Source: Candidatus Doudnabacteria bacterium
GTDB taxonomy: Bacteria > Patescibacteriota > Doudnabacteria > UBA920 > O2-02-FULL-48-8
DNA: 64,000 bases
Direction: 5' to 3'
Assembly (NCBI GenBank): GCA_016182875.1
Contig: JACPFQ010000001.1
Location: 85,680-149,679, forward strand
Numbering within the stretch: the first letter of the stretch is position 1; the number at the start of each line of letters is the position of its first letter. The notes beneath the pieces were generated by a model. It worked only from the letters and a program-made list of their open reading frames with translations, made no database searches and was not told the DNA's origin. A program made the position numbers and the translations under genes. This document shows, in pieces, positions 62,943 to 64,000 of this stretch.

Positions 62943-63830
62943 TTATTTCCGACCTTTGTTATTTGCTTTCAGCAGTTTTATTTTCTTTTCGGCCATCATT
63001 TGCAGGGCAAGTGTTGCCGGAGTCAAAATTTTTCTAGGGTCGTAGATTTGCGGGTGCTTCTTCAGATTCTGCCGAAGCGCGGTATTGAACGCCACTCTCA
63101 AATCAGTGTCGATATTGAATACCGCGACTCCTGCCTTGATTGCGGCTTTTATCTCTGTATCGGTTACCCCGGAAGCACCATGCAATACTAAGGGAATTTT
63201 AACTTTTTTTTTGATTGCTTTCAAACGCGGCAAGTCAATGTGTTCTTTGAGCGTCCTCAATATCCGCTTAATTTTTGGATTCACGGGAATCCCGTGAACC
63301 GAACCGACCGCCACCGCCAGGGTATCGACCTGGGTTTCAGCCGCAAACTCCGCGGCCTGCGCGGGTTCTGTCATCAAATCTTTGCCGCTTCTGACCTTCT
63401 GCCAGTCTTCATTGCCCAGAATCCTTCCTATTTCGGCCTGGACCCAAACTCCTCGCTTATGCGCGTATGAAACCACAGTTCTGGTCAACCTGATGTTTTC
63501 GCGATATGGCAAATGCGAGGCGTCAATCATGACTGACGAATAACCCAAATTGATTAATTTTTTAATCAGTGAAAAATCATGGCAATGGTCCTGGTGCAGG
63601 GCAACCGGCACTTTGGCGCGCCGCGCTTCGGTCTTGATAATGCCCACGAGCTCTTCGATTCCTGCATACTCCAAAGCGCCAACCGAGGTCTGAATAATCA
63701 CCGGCGCTTTCTGCTTTTCCGCGGCCCTGACAATGCCCTGGGTGGTTTCCAAATCCTGAGTGTTGAAAGCCGGTATGGCATACTTGCCGATTATTTTTTT
63801 ATTTACGATTCGTCCGATATGTACCAGCAT
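62943..63830 (-). CDS. fba: Class II fructose-bisphosphate (ketose-bisphosphate) aldolase
   Basis: 'AIPAFNTQDLETTQGIVRAAEKQKAPVIIQ', 'HQDHC', 'GIPVNPK', 'HGASG'. Confidence 0.88.
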   Translation of the reverse strand: MLVHIGRIVNKKIIGKYAIPAFNTQDLETTQGIVRAAEKQKAPVIIQTSVGALEYAGIEELVGIIKTEARRAKVPVALHQDHCHDFSLIKKLINLGYSSVMIDASHLPYRENIRLTRTVVSYAHKRGVWVQAEIGRILGNEDWQKVRSGKDLMTEPAQAAEFAAETQVDTLAVAVGSVHGIPVNPKIKRILRTLKEHIDLPRLKAIKKKVKIPLVLHGASGVTDTEIKAAIKAGVAVFNIDTDLRVAFNTALRQNLKKHPQIYDPRKILTPATLALQMMAEKKIKLLKANNKGRK

Positions 63831-64000
63831 GATGCTAATATGCGAATTTGTGCGAATGATGCGAATTGCGAATCATTCGGCTGAACCGGAGTTTAATATT
63901 CTTTTCGGTTTAATAAATTTATCTCTAAAATTTACAATTATACCAAGTTTTTTGTTTAATGCACTTAGATATCTTCTTACTTGATAGTAGTCTTCTTTTG

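Overview
This is a 64-kb window from a low-GC genome (about 45-48% GC) with compact, overlapping genes, mostly on the minus strand. Archaeal-type UMP kinase, several PMT/ArnT-type glycosyltransferases, two MreB paralogs and three Nudix genes give it a CPR/Patescibacteria-like gene content, though this is an impression from gene content only. Housekeeping genes, in window order: dnaB (5'-truncated), recR, rplU, an envelope glycosylation cluster (GT4, GT2 and two PMT/ArnT-like enzymes), an FtsQ-like ORF running in frame into a UMP kinase, pepP, ddl, alr, serS, rdgB, lysS, greA, mrdA-mreD-mreC-mreB, proS, rseP, frr, holB, a second mreB, murA, rnhA, a frameshifted recJ, and a glycolytic operon fba-gap-pgk-eno-gpmI followed by a single-domain response regulator. 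Accessory content includes three GC-rich islands of about 60% GC whose genes carry strong AGGAGG Shine-Dalgarno sites, unlike the host genes: (i) 1655-2290 with an orphan small ORF; (ii) 31.1-33.2 kb with a DUF62 SAM-hydrolase/halogenase-family gene behind a riboswitch-like terminator/antiterminator leader, plus a promoter-driven candidate sRNA; (iii) 40.6-43.6 kb, a cassette-like array of small plus-strand ORFs including a patatin-like phospholipase, each followed by related hairpin repeats and attC-like inverted repeats. A defense-like minus-strand operon at 27.1-31.0 kb encodes a MazG-like NTP pyrophosphatase, an EVE-domain/PD-(D/E)xK nuclease fusion, a small ORF, a zeta-toxin-like P-loop kinase and DUF2188, next to a membrane-anchored NERD nuclease. 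A Dam-like methyltransferase is paired with a small putative restriction endonuclease. Two ArsR-DUF1905 modules carry distinct palindromic operators. The 25.8-27.1 kb region is decayed (HicAB-like remnants, gene fragments). A 1.6-kb structured gene desert (48.0-49.6 kb) contains a consensus sigma70 promoter. Several families of palindromic intergenic repeats recur across the window. No rRNA, tRNA or CRISPR array could be recognised by eye. All homology calls come from reading the translated ORFs and were not confirmed by database search.
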